Source: an uncultured bacterium
GTDB taxonomy: Bacteria > UBA8481
NCBI GenBank assembly: GCA_964499705.1
Contig: CAZCME010000007.1
Coordinates: forward strand, 124,001 to 188,000
Reading direction: 5' to 3'
Length of the DNA: 64,000 nucleotides
In this document: positions 37,430 to 46,515 of the stretch, piece by piece
How positions within the stretch are numbered: position 1 is the first letter of the stretch
How the letters are laid out: the number at the start of each line of letters is the position of its first letter
Program-made: the position numbers and the translations under genes
Notes under the pieces: model-generated
The model's database searches: none
Seen by the model: only the letters and a program-made list of their open reading frames with translations
What the model was told of the DNA's origin: nothing

Positions 37430-38368
37430 CTACTTCGGCTCCAGCGTAACATGGACCGCCAGGCCGCCCTTCTCGAGCCCCGTCTCCATCTTCATCCGCG
37501 CCTTATTGCCCTCGGTCAATTTCGTCTCGATCATGGACTTTGCGGATGCGAACGCATCCGAGAGCTTGTCCCGGCCGCCCTTGACGAAACCATTGATGAG
37601 CACATTCTCCTTGTTCACCGTGATCCCGATGCTGATCGCCTGGATCTCGTCGACCGCGTTCTGCATCCCGCCGAGCTGGCCGGCACCGAGCATGGCGTAC
37701 ATGGAGCGGGCCTGGGAGCAGAGCGAAGAACTGATGATGAGGCACGCCGGATCGTCGACCGCCCTGCGCAGCGCGATATATTCTTCATTCTCCGCGAGCG
37801 ACTTGTCCTTCCCCTCCTCCACGCGCTCCACCTTTGCGATCGCATCGTCGTTCCGGGACAGGACCACGAGATTGTCCTTCGTCCAGATCGTCGGCTGAGT
37901 CGGATCGTTCGAATTCCATTCCGTCCAACCGGACGGACGCGACGTGGTTACGATCTCCTTGTCCGCCACGCGCTTATCCAGAACTTTCCGGAAGTCATCC
38001 TCGTCGCCGATTTCCATGATCGCCAAAGCGTGATTCGCGGTGACGTTCGTGACGCAGACGAGGGATGGTCCGTCTAGAAACTCGATCAATTGAGCGGGAT
38101 CGAGCCGGAAATCCGTCGCCATTTCGCGCTCGAAATCGGCGCGCATGTTCGGCTTGTTCGCCGTGAGCATCTTGTTTTCGGCGGCGGAGGCGACAAAGGC
38201 GAGAGAGTTGTCGATCTGGAATACGAGCTGGGCGTCACCGGGAGCCATGCGGGCCAGATCGGTGCTTCTCGTGAAGTAATACGCGGCCGCGCCCGCCAAT
38301 ACGCCGGCCGGTATGAGCAGGAATACAACGGCCAGGATGATTTTCTGCCGCAGGGTCAGATCATGCAT
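37430..38368 (-). CDS. Hypothetical N-terminally anchored periplasmic protein (DUF3352-like)
   Basis: Single TM helix then LARMAPGDA..., with SLAENEEY as seen in DUF3352-like proteins; overlaps the terC stop. Confidence 0.5.
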   Translation of the reverse strand: MHDLTLRQKIILAVVFLLIPAGVLAGAAAYYFTRSTDLARMAPGDAQLVFQIDNSLAFVASAAENKMLTANKPNMRADFEREMATDFRLDPAQLIEFLDGPSLVCVTNVTANHALAIMEIGDEDDFRKVLDKRVADKEIVTTSRPSGWTEWNSNDPTQPTIWTKDNLVVLSRNDDAIAKVERVEEGKDKSLAENEEYIALRRAVDDPACLIISSSLCSQARSMYAMLGAGQLGGMQNAVDEIQAISIGITVNKENVLINGFVKGGRDKLSDAFASAKSMIETKLTEGNKARMKMETGLEKGGLAVHVTLEPK

Positions 38369-39296
38369 GATCGGATTTCCCCATCCTGTTCTTCACGATC
38401 GACGCCAGGATCGAAAGTCCCAGTATTCCGAAGACGACGGCCAGCGAAACGTTGATGCCGATCTCGTAGATGCTCGCGGCGACCATCTTCCCGCCGACGA
38501 AGATGAGAACGATCGCGACACCCATCTTGAGGTACTGAAAGATGCCCATCGCCCCGGCCAGCAGGAAAAAGAGAGCCCGCAGGCCCATGATCGCGAAGAT
38601 ATTCGACGTGTAGACGATGAACGGATCGCTCGTGATCCCGTAGATCGCCGGTATCGAATCCAGCGCGAAAACGACGTCCGTGCTCTCGATCGCCACGAGC
38701 GCCACAAGGAGCGGCGTCGCGACTCGTTTGCCGTTCATCACGGAGAAGAAACGAACACCGTCGTAATCGGTCTTCACGGGAATAAGACGGCACGTCAGCT
38801 TCACAAGCGGATTGTCGTTCGGATGAACTTCCTCTTCTCCGTGCCCCATCATCTTGAACCCCGTGAAAACGAGAAACGCGCCGAAGACATAGATCATCCA
38901 GTGGAAGTGATGCAGCAGGGCGGCGCCGAGAGCGACGAAAATGGCCCGGAGGACGACCGCGCCGATGATCCCCCACTTCAGTAGCCGCGGCTGAGCGTCC
39001 GGTCCGACGCCGAAGAAGGTGAAGATCATGATGAAGACGAAGAGGTTATCGACGGAAAGCGAGTATTCGATGATGTAGCCGGTCAGGAATTCCAAAGCCT
39101 TTTCGCGGCCTGCTGTGCGATACAGCCAGTAATTGAAAATGAGCGCGACGGTAACCCAGATCGCCGTCCAGAGCGCGGCCTCCTTCATGGAGGGCGCATG
39201 CGCCTTCCGCTGCCCGAGGCCGAGGTCGATCGTGATGACGATCAGCACAAGGGCTGCGAAACCGAACCAGAGCGAGGGGGAGGCGATCGAGACCAT
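38361..39296 (-). CDS. terC: TerC/Alx-family membrane protein
   Basis: Motifs GYIIEYSLSVDNLFVF, WGIIGAVVLR, DVVFALDSIPAI and YTSNIFAIMGLRALFF. Confidence 0.93.
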   Translation of the reverse strand: MVSIASPSLWFGFAALVLIVITIDLGLGQRKAHAPSMKEAALWTAIWVTVALIFNYWLYRTAGREKALEFLTGYIIEYSLSVDNLFVFIMIFTFFGVGPDAQPRLLKWGIIGAVVLRAIFVALGAALLHHFHWMIYVFGAFLVFTGFKMMGHGEEEVHPNDNPLVKLTCRLIPVKTDYDGVRFFSVMNGKRVATPLLVALVAIESTDVVFALDSIPAIYGITSDPFIVYTSNIFAIMGLRALFFLLAGAMGIFQYLKMGVAIVLIFVGGKMVAASIYEIGINVSLAVVFGILGLSILASIVKNRMGKSDHA

Positions 39297-39433
39297 CCAC
39301 GCAGTATAGAATGCCGGACCGCCGGATGACCACTTCGGAAATCAGACGATGAGCGATTTTTCAGTTGTGCGGCTCGCGAGATCAGCACTATACTTCACGG
39401 CTCCAAATTCAGATCAGACGAGGTAGATGTTTC

Positions 39434-41872
39434 ATGAAGATGTTTCAACGAGTCATGGGAATTTTCGGAATGGCGGCCCTCACGGCATTGGCGGCGAGCG
39501 CGAGCGAAGCGGATCTCGCGATCCCGGATCTGCACGCCGGGCATTTCAATATTTTAGGTCATCCGATCAGCGGCTGGAATCTCCTCTTCTACGGATCATG
39601 GGTCATCTGCGGCACCCTGGGCATCAGCCTCTGGCTGCGCAGCCAGATCTTCAAGCTTCCCGCTCACAAGTCGATGCTCGCCGTCTCGGAAGTCATCTTC
39701 CAGACCTGCCGTACCTATCTCCTGAAACAGGGTCAGTTCCTCCTCATGCTCTTCGCCCTCATCGGCGCCATCATGAGCTACTACTTCGTGGGCTTGCAGG
39801 GAGCCAGTTTCGGCACGCTCGGGCTCGTCCTTCTCTTCTCCCTCATCGGCATGGGAGGATCTTACTGGGTCGCCTCTTACGGCATCAGGGTCAACACCTA
39901 CGCCAATTCCCGCACCGCTTTCGCGTCTCTGCGCGGCAGGCCGTGGGATGTCGTCAACATTCCTCTCCGCGCCGGCATGTCCGTCGGACTCTTCCTCATC
40001 TCCCTGGAACTCGTGATGATGGTCATCATCCTCCTCTTCGTTCCCCGCGATATCGTCGGCTACTGCTTCCTCGGATTCGCCATCGGCGAATCGCTCGGCG
40101 CCTCGGCGCTCCGCATCGCGGGAGGCATCTTCACGAAGATCGCCGACATCGGATCCGACCTGATGAAGATCGCCTTCAAGGTCAAGGAAGACGATCCCAG
40201 GAACCCGGGCGTCATCGCCGACTGCACCGGCGACAACGCGGGCGACTCGGTCGGCCCGACGGCCGACGGTTTCGAGACCTACGGCGTCACCGGCGTCGCG
40301 CTCATCTCCTTCATCACGCTCGCCGTCCCCAGCCCCGACATCCAGGCCAAGCTGATCGTCTGGATCTTCGCCATGAGATTCCTGATGGACTTCATGTCGG
40401 GCGTTTCCTACTTCATCAACCAGGGCATCTCCGAGGCGAAATACGGCCATTTGAAGGAATTCAATTTCGAGGAGCCACTTTCCCGGCTCATCTGGATCGC
40501 GGCCATCCTCTGCATCGGAACATCCTTCCTCATGAGCAAGCTCCTGATCGGCGACATCGGCGTCGCGGACGCGACCGGCGTGATGACCATGCTCCCCAGC
40601 CTCTGGTGGCAACTGGCCGGCATCATCTCCTGCGGCACCCTCGCGGCGGTCCTCATCCCTGAATTCACCAAGATCTTCACGTCATCGCACTCCAAGCACG
40701 TTCACGAAATCGTGACGGCGTCCCGCGAAGGCGGACCGTCCCTGACCATCCTCTCCGGCATCGTCGCCGGCTCCTTCAGCGCCTACTGGATCGGCATGCT
40801 CATCATGGGCCTCATGGCCGCCGCCTACGGCATCAGCATGCTCGGCCTCGGCGCCATCATGGGAACCGCCGCGTCGGTCTTCGCCTTCGGACTCGTCGCC
40901 TTCGGATTCCTCTGCATGGGCCCCGTCAACATCGCCGTCGACAGCTACGGCCCCGTCACGGACAATGCGCAGTCGATCTTCGAGCTGGCGCAGACGGAAA
41001 GCATTCCGGGGATCGACGCGGAGATCCAGCGCGACTTCGGATTCAAGCCCGACTTCACGATGGGAAAGCACTATCTCGAGGCCAACGACGGAGCCGGCAA
41101 CACGTTCAAGGCCACGGCCAAGCCGGTCCTCATAGGCACTGCCGTCGTCGGCGCCACAACCATGATCTTCTCGATCATTCTCCTCCTGGATAAAGCGGGA
41201 CTGCTTCACCTCTCCCTGACCGACGCCCCGGTGCTCCTCGGATTCATCTCCGGCGGCGCCGTGATCTTCTGGTTCACCGGCGCCTCCATCCAGGCCGTCA
41301 CGACCGGCGCCTACAGCGCCGTCGAGTTCATCAAGAAGAACCTCGACCTCAACAAGAAGGAAGCCGACATCAACGACTCCATCACGGTCGTCCGGATCTG
41401 CACGGAATACGCGCAGAAGGGCATGTGGAACATCTTCCTCGCCCTCATGACCACGACTCTCGCCTTCGCCTTCTTCGACCCCAACTTCTTCGTCGCCTAT
41501 CTCATTTCCATAGCGGTCTTCGGCCTCTTCCAGGCCATCTACATGGCCAACGCCGGCGGCTCGTGGGACAACGCCAAGAAAGTGATCGAGGTCGATCTGA
41601 AGCAGAAGAATACGGCGCTGCACGAGGCGGGTGTCATCGGAGATACCGTTGGAGATCCCTTCAAGGACACATCGTCGGTCGCGATGAATCCGATCATCAA
41701 GTTTTCGACGCTCTTCGGCCTCCTGGCCGTCGAGATCGCGGTCAAGATGAAGGAAGAGGCTCACGCGGGTGGCAGCGGCGATTTCACGCCGATGATCGGA
41801 GCCGTCTTCTTCGTGGCCTCCCTCTACTTCGTCTGGCGTTCCTTCTACGCCATGCGGATTCCGGAACGATAA
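39434..41872 (+). CDS. hppA: Membrane-bound ion-translocating pyrophosphatase
   Basis: Motifs GGIFTKIADIGSDL, EDDPRNPGVIADCTGDNAGD, DSYGPVTDNA, GNTFKATAK, GGSWDNAKK and GDTVGDPFKDTS. Confidence 0.97.
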   Translation: MKMFQRVMGIFGMAALTALAASASEADLAIPDLHAGHFNILGHPISGWNLLFYGSWVICGTLGISLWLRSQIFKLPAHKSMLAVSEVIFQTCRTYLLKQGQFLLMLFALIGAIMSYYFVGLQGASFGTLGLVLLFSLIGMGGSYWVASYGIRVNTYANSRTAFASLRGRPWDVVNIPLRAGMSVGLFLISLELVMMVIILLFVPRDIVGYCFLGFAIGESLGASALRIAGGIFTKIADIGSDLMKIAFKVKEDDPRNPGVIADCTGDNAGDSVGPTADGFETYGVTGVALISFITLAVPSPDIQAKLIVWIFAMRFLMDFMSGVSYFINQGISEAKYGHLKEFNFEEPLSRLIWIAAILCIGTSFLMSKLLIGDIGVADATGVMTMLPSLWWQLAGIISCGTLAAVLIPEFTKIFTSSHSKHVHEIVTASREGGPSLTILSGIVAGSFSAYWIGMLIMGLMAAAYGISMLGLGAIMGTAASVFAFGLVAFGFLCMGPVNIAVDSYGPVTDNAQSIFELAQTESIPGIDAEIQRDFGFKPDFTMGKHYLEANDGAGNTFKATAKPVLIGTAVVGATTMIFSIILLLDKAGLLHLSLTDAPVLLGFISGGAVIFWFTGASIQAVTTGAYSAVEFIKKNLDLNKKEADINDSITVVRICTEYAQKGMWNIFLALMTTTLAFAFFDPNFFVAYLISIAVFGLFQAIYMANAGGSWDNAKKVIEVDLKQKNTALHEAGVIGDTVGDPFKDTSSVAMNPIIKFSTLFGLLAVEIAVKMKEEAHAGGSGDFTPMIGAVFFVASLYFVWRSFYAMRIPER

Positions 41873-41903
41873 CCGCCTGAGGTAATGCTCGAGGGGTAAC
41901 GCG

Positions 41904-43130
41904 GTGCCATACTACTGGCACTTCATCTGGACGATCCTCGCGCTGGCCGTCATCGCCGGCGGAGCGGGACATCTCCTCTTTCTGCTGATCAGCCGAGCCA
42001 ACCCGGGCGATGCCCGCATGGTGGAAGCGGCGGTACGCCTTCGCAAGAATGCGTCTTCCCTCCGCCTGCAGCACGAACGCGTCGGAGTCTCTCTCGCCGC
42101 CATCGCCTCGCTCTTCGCCGGTCGGGAATACGAAGTGTACGAATTCCGCAAGGTCGCGGCATGCGCCGTCGGCGCGACCTTGGCGCTTATCCTGGCCCGG
42201 AGAACGACCGTGCTCCTTGCCATCTCCCCCGGCCGCATCGCCGCCGCCCTCAGAAAAAGCGATGAGGCGGCGCGCTCTTTTCTCTTCAAGTTCCGCGCGG
42301 CCGCCGGTCTGCTCTTCTGTTCCATCGTCCTGCTCGCGCTCGACGCCTGGGCCTTTCTCGGCGAAGGCACGGCCCCGGCGATGCTGGCGGGCGCGTCGAC
42401 CATCGCGCTGGCGATGGCGCACGGAGCGGGCATGAAGCAAGGCGAGAGCGGAGATGAAGATCGCGTTGCGATGGAGACAGCTCTCGTCGCGCGCGATTTC
42501 GCCGCTCTTGTCGGAGCCATATTCTGCGCGTCGCTTCTGCTGCCGTCCCTGCCGCTTCCGGCCCTGGCGATCGCCGTTTCCGCCGCGACGTTCGCAACAC
42601 TCAGGTCCTTCACCCTTCTGCGCGCCCTCGGCGCGGCGGCTCATGCGACAGCCGCATCCGCCTCGCAGGACAAATCCACTCTGCAGAAAATTGAGATGTT
42701 TCAAACCGGAACACTCGCCCGTTCCACTCTGCCTGCCTCGGCCCTCGGCGCGGCCACGGTGCTGGTGCTCTTCCTGATGATCTTCGCGCGCGGAATCTCC
42801 CCGATGATCATCGGTCGCGGAGAATTCATCCTCTGCGCCTTCGCCGCCATGATCGCGCTCGTCGCGCTGAGAAAAGCTCCCGCCGCCGCGTTCGTCCCCG
42901 CCGCCGCCACATTGTGGCTCGTCGTCGCCGCGATTCCCAATGCGATGGTCTGGTATTCCGGTCAGTCCGCCGGCATCGGCTGGACCTCTGCCTGGTTCCT
43001 GGCGGCCATTCCCGCGGCATGGGGAGAGAGATCGCTTCCGGCTCGCCCCTCTCCCGTCGAGCATTTCCGCAGCATCGTGGTTCCATCCGCCCTGGCCACC
43101 TTCGCCTTCTCCATCATGGCCGCCTGGTAA
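41904..43130 (+). CDS. Polytopic membrane protein, apparent degenerate membrane-pyrophosphatase paralogue
   Basis: Very hydrophobic 408-aa ORF with a GAGGGG SD before the GTG. Segments such as NPGDARMVEAA, AVGATL and LAGASTIAL..HGAG echo mPPase helices, but the acidic catalytic motifs are absent. Confidence 0.55.
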   Translation: MPYYWHFIWTILALAVIAGGAGHLLFLLISRANPGDARMVEAAVRLRKNASSLRLQHERVGVSLAAIASLFAGREYEVYEFRKVAACAVGATLALILARRTTVLLAISPGRIAAALRKSDEAARSFLFKFRAAAGLLFCSIVLLALDAWAFLGEGTAPAMLAGASTIALAMAHGAGMKQGESGDEDRVAMETALVARDFAALVGAIFCASLLLPSLPLPALAIAVSAATFATLRSFTLLRALGAAAHATAASASQDKSTLQKIEMFQTGTLARSTLPASALGAATVLVLFLMIFARGISPMIIGRGEFILCAFAAMIALVALRKAPAAAFVPAAATLWLVVAAIPNAMVWYSGQSAGIGWTSAWFLAAIPAAWGERSLPARPSPVEHFRSIVVPSALATFAFSIMAAW

Positions 43131-43152
43131 GCACCAAACCCATCAAGTTCGG

Positions 43153-45207
43153 TTACTTCAGCGACCCGTCCCATGATTTCTTGTCGCGCTCAGGATACAT
43201 GTTCCGGTCCGGAGACAGATAGTATTCCTCGAACCTCACTGGCGTCATTCCATCGAGCGGAGGAAAATGCTCCTTCACAGCCAGGACCTTGTTCGGCGGC
43301 TCGGCCTTGTCCTCCGTGTTCCGCCATGACGGCCAGAACTCTTCCATCTTCGGCACACCGGTCGATTCGTATCCGAGCGTCCGCAGGGTGCCGCTCAACT
43401 GGAAGACGAAATCGCCCCACTTGTTGCCGGACGTCACGGGCACGTCGGGCCTGTACGCAAGGGCCCGTGCCGCGCATTCGACGCAGAGATCCCTGGGGCC
43501 GGTCCGGTCCGGCGTCTCCGCTTCCGCGTCGAGGGGCGTCGTAAGCCGCCGGGTGAGGAGCCCGTAGATCATCGATCGCTCCATCGCGCGAAAGCCCCGA
43601 GGCGACGGTGCTCCCTCGGTCGCGGATTCGACAGCGTCGCAGAAGATCCTCGATCGGGCCGCGTGCAGGATCGCACGCTCCGACATCGATCCCGCTTCGA
43701 TCACGGTCGACGCATCCTCGATCAACTTATCGCGCTTTTCGTCCGCGATGCGGGCCGCCTTGACATGCTCCGCATCGAGGCTCGGCGGAAACAGGATCGC
43801 GAACGCGGGCGATCCATCGGCGTCCACGAATTTCCGGCATCGGTCGATGAAGGCCTGCCGGAGAAGTCCGATCGACCGGGCCACGGCTCCTTCATCCTTC
43901 AACGGCTTCCGGATCTTTCTCCGCGTCGCCACGAGCCCGAGCGGCTTGACGAGCTGAAGCGCCGCGTCGAGCTCCGCCGACGCGACCAGCGCATCGAGGG
44001 CAAACGCGGAGAGAAGCGCGAGCGGCGCGCGCGCCGTCGACGCGGATATGACGGATGTCAGGATAATGTGCGCCTGCTTCGGATCATCTCCGAGAAAGGC
44101 AATGACAGATTTGCCGATCCGCTCCAGGCCTTCCTCGTCGTTGCGGGCCATCGTATCGCGACAGGCGGCGCGGATGACCTGCTGCCGTTCCGGTGTCAAC
44201 AGCCCCTTCTCCGCAAGCACATCGCGGGCGGCGGCCCAGCGTTCGACCTTCATCATGACGGCTCGCGCGTTCCGAAGGTCATCCGTGGAATCAAGCGATC
44301 TGGCCAGCGCGCAGATCTGGTCGGCATAGGGACCCGGTGTGGCCAGGGCCGTGAGAGACGACTGGACCGAGCGCAACTTCCCGTCGCGCGCCAATCGCTC
44401 CAGCGCCGAGACGATCTCCGGGGTCAGCTCGCGGAGCGATTCCACGGTTTTGGCAAGCCGGACGTCCTCGCCGAGTCCCGACAGGAGATCGAGCCGGTCC
44501 GCGCCGCCCGAGTATTTCCGCTCGGCTGCCGCAAGCAGGGGCGCATACAGGTTCTCATCCCGCTTCCTGACGATCCTGAGAAAATCCTCCACGACTTCTA
44601 CGGATGGAAACGGAGATTGCTCCAGCCATTTCGCCAGCTGCGAAGCCTGGGATGCATCGAATGACGCCGCGATGAATCCGCAGAGCGACGGCGTCTTGAT
44701 TCCCTTCGCCTTCATCGCGATGGCCACCGCGCGCGTTCCGTGTCCCGCGGCGGCGATTTTCCTCAGGAGTTCCAGCCACGGCTCCGTCGCGTCCATTCCC
44801 TTGGCCTCGATGAACTGAACCGCGAGCGCGCCCGACTCGACGTTCAGGATCCGCTCGACATGCGCGGGAGAAGCGTCGACCGTGAAGAGTTCGTAGAGCG
44901 CCTTTTCGATGAGAGAGGTATCCGTTTCCGCGAGAGGGAGGTTTCCTCGGAGTTCAAAGCAGCAGAGGGCGACCCGGAGCACGGGCCTGTCACGATCGAG
45001 CGAAAGCAGCTTCCGCGCCGTGTCGAGAACGCCCTTGTCCGCGGCCAGCATCTCCGACATGGCGAGCGGGAGTTCCTTCTTGAAGAGCGGAGCCAGCCTG
45101 TCTGCAAGAGTTTCGATCTCCTTGCAGCGTTCGCAGATCCTCCCCTTGGAAGTGATGTAGCCGCCCAGAAAACCGATTTTCGCTCCGCATCGAACGCAGC
45201 CGCTCAT
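43153..45207 (-). CDS. Hypothetical protein with an N-terminal zinc ribbon and a long alpha-helical body
   Basis: MSGCVRCGAKIGFLGGY...ICERC, followed by Leu/Ala-rich helical sequence. Confidence 0.65.
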   Translation of the reverse strand: MSGCVRCGAKIGFLGGYITSKGRICERCKEIETLADRLAPLFKKELPLAMSEMLAADKGVLDTARKLLSLDRDRPVLRVALCCFELRGNLPLAETDTSLIEKALYELFTVDASPAHVERILNVESGALAVQFIEAKGMDATEPWLELLRKIAAAGHGTRAVAIAMKAKGIKTPSLCGFIAASFDASQASQLAKWLEQSPFPSVEVVEDFLRIVRKRDENLYAPLLAAAERKYSGGADRLDLLSGLGEDVRLAKTVESLRELTPEIVSALERLARDGKLRSVQSSLTALATPGPYADQICALARSLDSTDDLRNARAVMMKVERWAAARDVLAEKGLLTPERQQVIRAACRDTMARNDEEGLERIGKSVIAFLGDDPKQAHIILTSVISASTARAPLALLSAFALDALVASAELDAALQLVKPLGLVATRRKIRKPLKDEGAVARSIGLLRQAFIDRCRKFVDADGSPAFAILFPPSLDAEHVKAARIADEKRDKLIEDASTVIEAGSMSERAILHAARSRIFCDAVESATEGAPSPRGFRAMERSMIYGLLTRRLTTPLDAEAETPDRTGPRDLCVECAARALAYRPDVPVTSGNKWGDFVFQLSGTLRTLGYESTGVPKMEEFWPSWRNTEDKAEPPNKVLAVKEHFPPLDGMTPVRFEEYYLSPDRNMYPERDKKSWDGSLK

Positions 45208-45213
45208 GAAGGG

Positions 45214-45282
45214 AGTATGAAGCAGGAGACATGAAGTATGAAGCAGATTTGTCTTCATACTTCATGCTTCATCCCTCATACT
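45214..45282. repeat. Heptamer-based inverted repeat filling a divergent intergenic region; each arm ends in a CATACT -10-like hexamer
   Basis: catgaagtatgaag (45230-45243) / cttcatacttcatg (45253-45266) is a perfect match. Outer agtatg (45214-45219) / catact (45277-45282) each lie 6 nt from a start codon. Confidence 0.75.
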
Positions 45283-45288
45283 TTTCAC

Positions 45289-45645
45289 GTGAACGTGAGG
45301 ATTCTCATCATCGAGGATGAACCGGACCTCGCGGAGGTGTACAAGATGGCGCTGGAGGAGCAAGGTTGTTCCATCGCCGGAGTGCATGCCCGGCCGTCCG
45401 GCGTCTTCACGGATCCGGCTCTTTTTCCACCGCCCGATGTCATCATCCTGGACGAACATCTCGACGGCGGCGGATCGGGTTCAGAAAGCATCGCGGAACT
45501 GAGGAGGGCTTTTCCGCTCGTCCGGATCATCCTGGCCACAGGTGACACGCATTCCGTCACGCCCTCGGCGAAACCCGACGCTGTTCTTCCGAAGCCGTTC
45601 GCCCTTAAAAGCCTGGTCGAAACCATTGCCAGGCTGGTCGCCTGA
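45289..45645 (+). CDS. Single-domain response regulator (receiver only)
   Basis: Motifs RILIIEDEPD, PDVIILDEHL, ILATG and LPKPF. Confidence 0.85.
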   Translation: MNVRILIIEDEPDLAEVYKMALEEQGCSIAGVHARPSGVFTDPALFPPPDVIILDEHLDGGGSGSESIAELRRAFPLVRIILATGDTHSVTPSAKPDAVLPKPFALKSLVETIARLVA

Positions 45646-45722
45646 CCTGTTACAATATTGCCCATTCTTGAAAATTGCATCTCTTGGACGGTTTGGGATA
45701 ATCCGATATAGATGAAGGTCAC

Positions 45723-46511
45723 ATGGATATAACAACGACGTTAGGCACCATCTTCGCCATCCTCTGCGTATGCATCGCGGCTTTCGCCCCGCACCCCATC
45801 GGTGAGGGCAGCAATCCCATGCAGTTCCTGAACATGCCCGCGTTCATCATCATCGGCGGGGGCACGCTCTGCGCCACGATGATCTCCGTCGGCATGGCCG
45901 AGATGCGACAGATTCCGACCTATCTCCGCATCGCCTTCGGCAACACGCAGATGAAATCGCTCGAACAGGAGATCCAGGATCTCATCACGTACGCGGAGAA
46001 AGCCCGCCGCGAGGGTCTGCTCTCGCTCGAAGATCACGTCAAGGACATGCCTCCGGGTATCGTGCGGCAGATCCTCGGGATGATCGTCGACGGCACGGAA
46101 CCCGACATCATCCACAAGGTGATGGAAAACGAAGTCTCGGCCATGGAAACGCGCCACAAGAAGGGCATCGATCTCTTCACGACGGCCGGCGGATATTCGC
46201 CCACCATGGGCATCATCGGAACCGTCATGGGAACGGTCAGCGTTCTGGCCGGCCTCGCGGAAAAAGGGATGGAGGAGCTGGGTTCCGGAGTGGCCGTCGC
46301 ATTCATCGCGACCTTCTACGGCATTTCGCTCGCCAACCTGATCCTCCTGCCCATCAGCGGCAAGTTGAAATTCAAATCCGACGAGGAGATTTTCCGGATG
46401 CGTCTCATCTTCGAGGGCTTCTCCGGCCTGCAGCACGGCGAAAACCCGCACGTTGTCCAGATGCGCCTCAACGCGTTTCTCGAGGGCCGCAAACGTCTGA
46501 CCAAGGAATAA
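45723..46511 (+). CDS. motA: Stator A subunit MotA
   Basis: Motifs IIGGGTL, ARREGLLSLE (torque-generating Arg/Glu), IVDGTEP, GGYSPTMGIIGTVMG, AFIATFYGI..ANL..LP and GENP. Confidence 0.92.
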   Translation: MDITTTLGTIFAILCVCIAAFAPHPIGEGSNPMQFLNMPAFIIIGGGTLCATMISVGMAEMRQIPTYLRIAFGNTQMKSLEQEIQDLITYAEKARREGLLSLEDHVKDMPPGIVRQILGMIVDGTEPDIIHKVMENEVSAMETRHKKGIDLFTTAGGYSPTMGIIGTVMGTVSVLAGLAEKGMEELGSGVAVAFIATFYGISLANLILLPISGKLKFKSDEEIFRMRLIFEGFSGLQHGENPHVVQMRLNAFLEGRKRLTKE

Positions 46512-46515
46512 TCCC

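Noticed and set aside
39297-39433. yybP-ykoY manganese riboswitch upstream of terC
   Set aside because: No recognisable consensus, and a -10 hexamer 6 nt before the ATG leaves no room for a leader.
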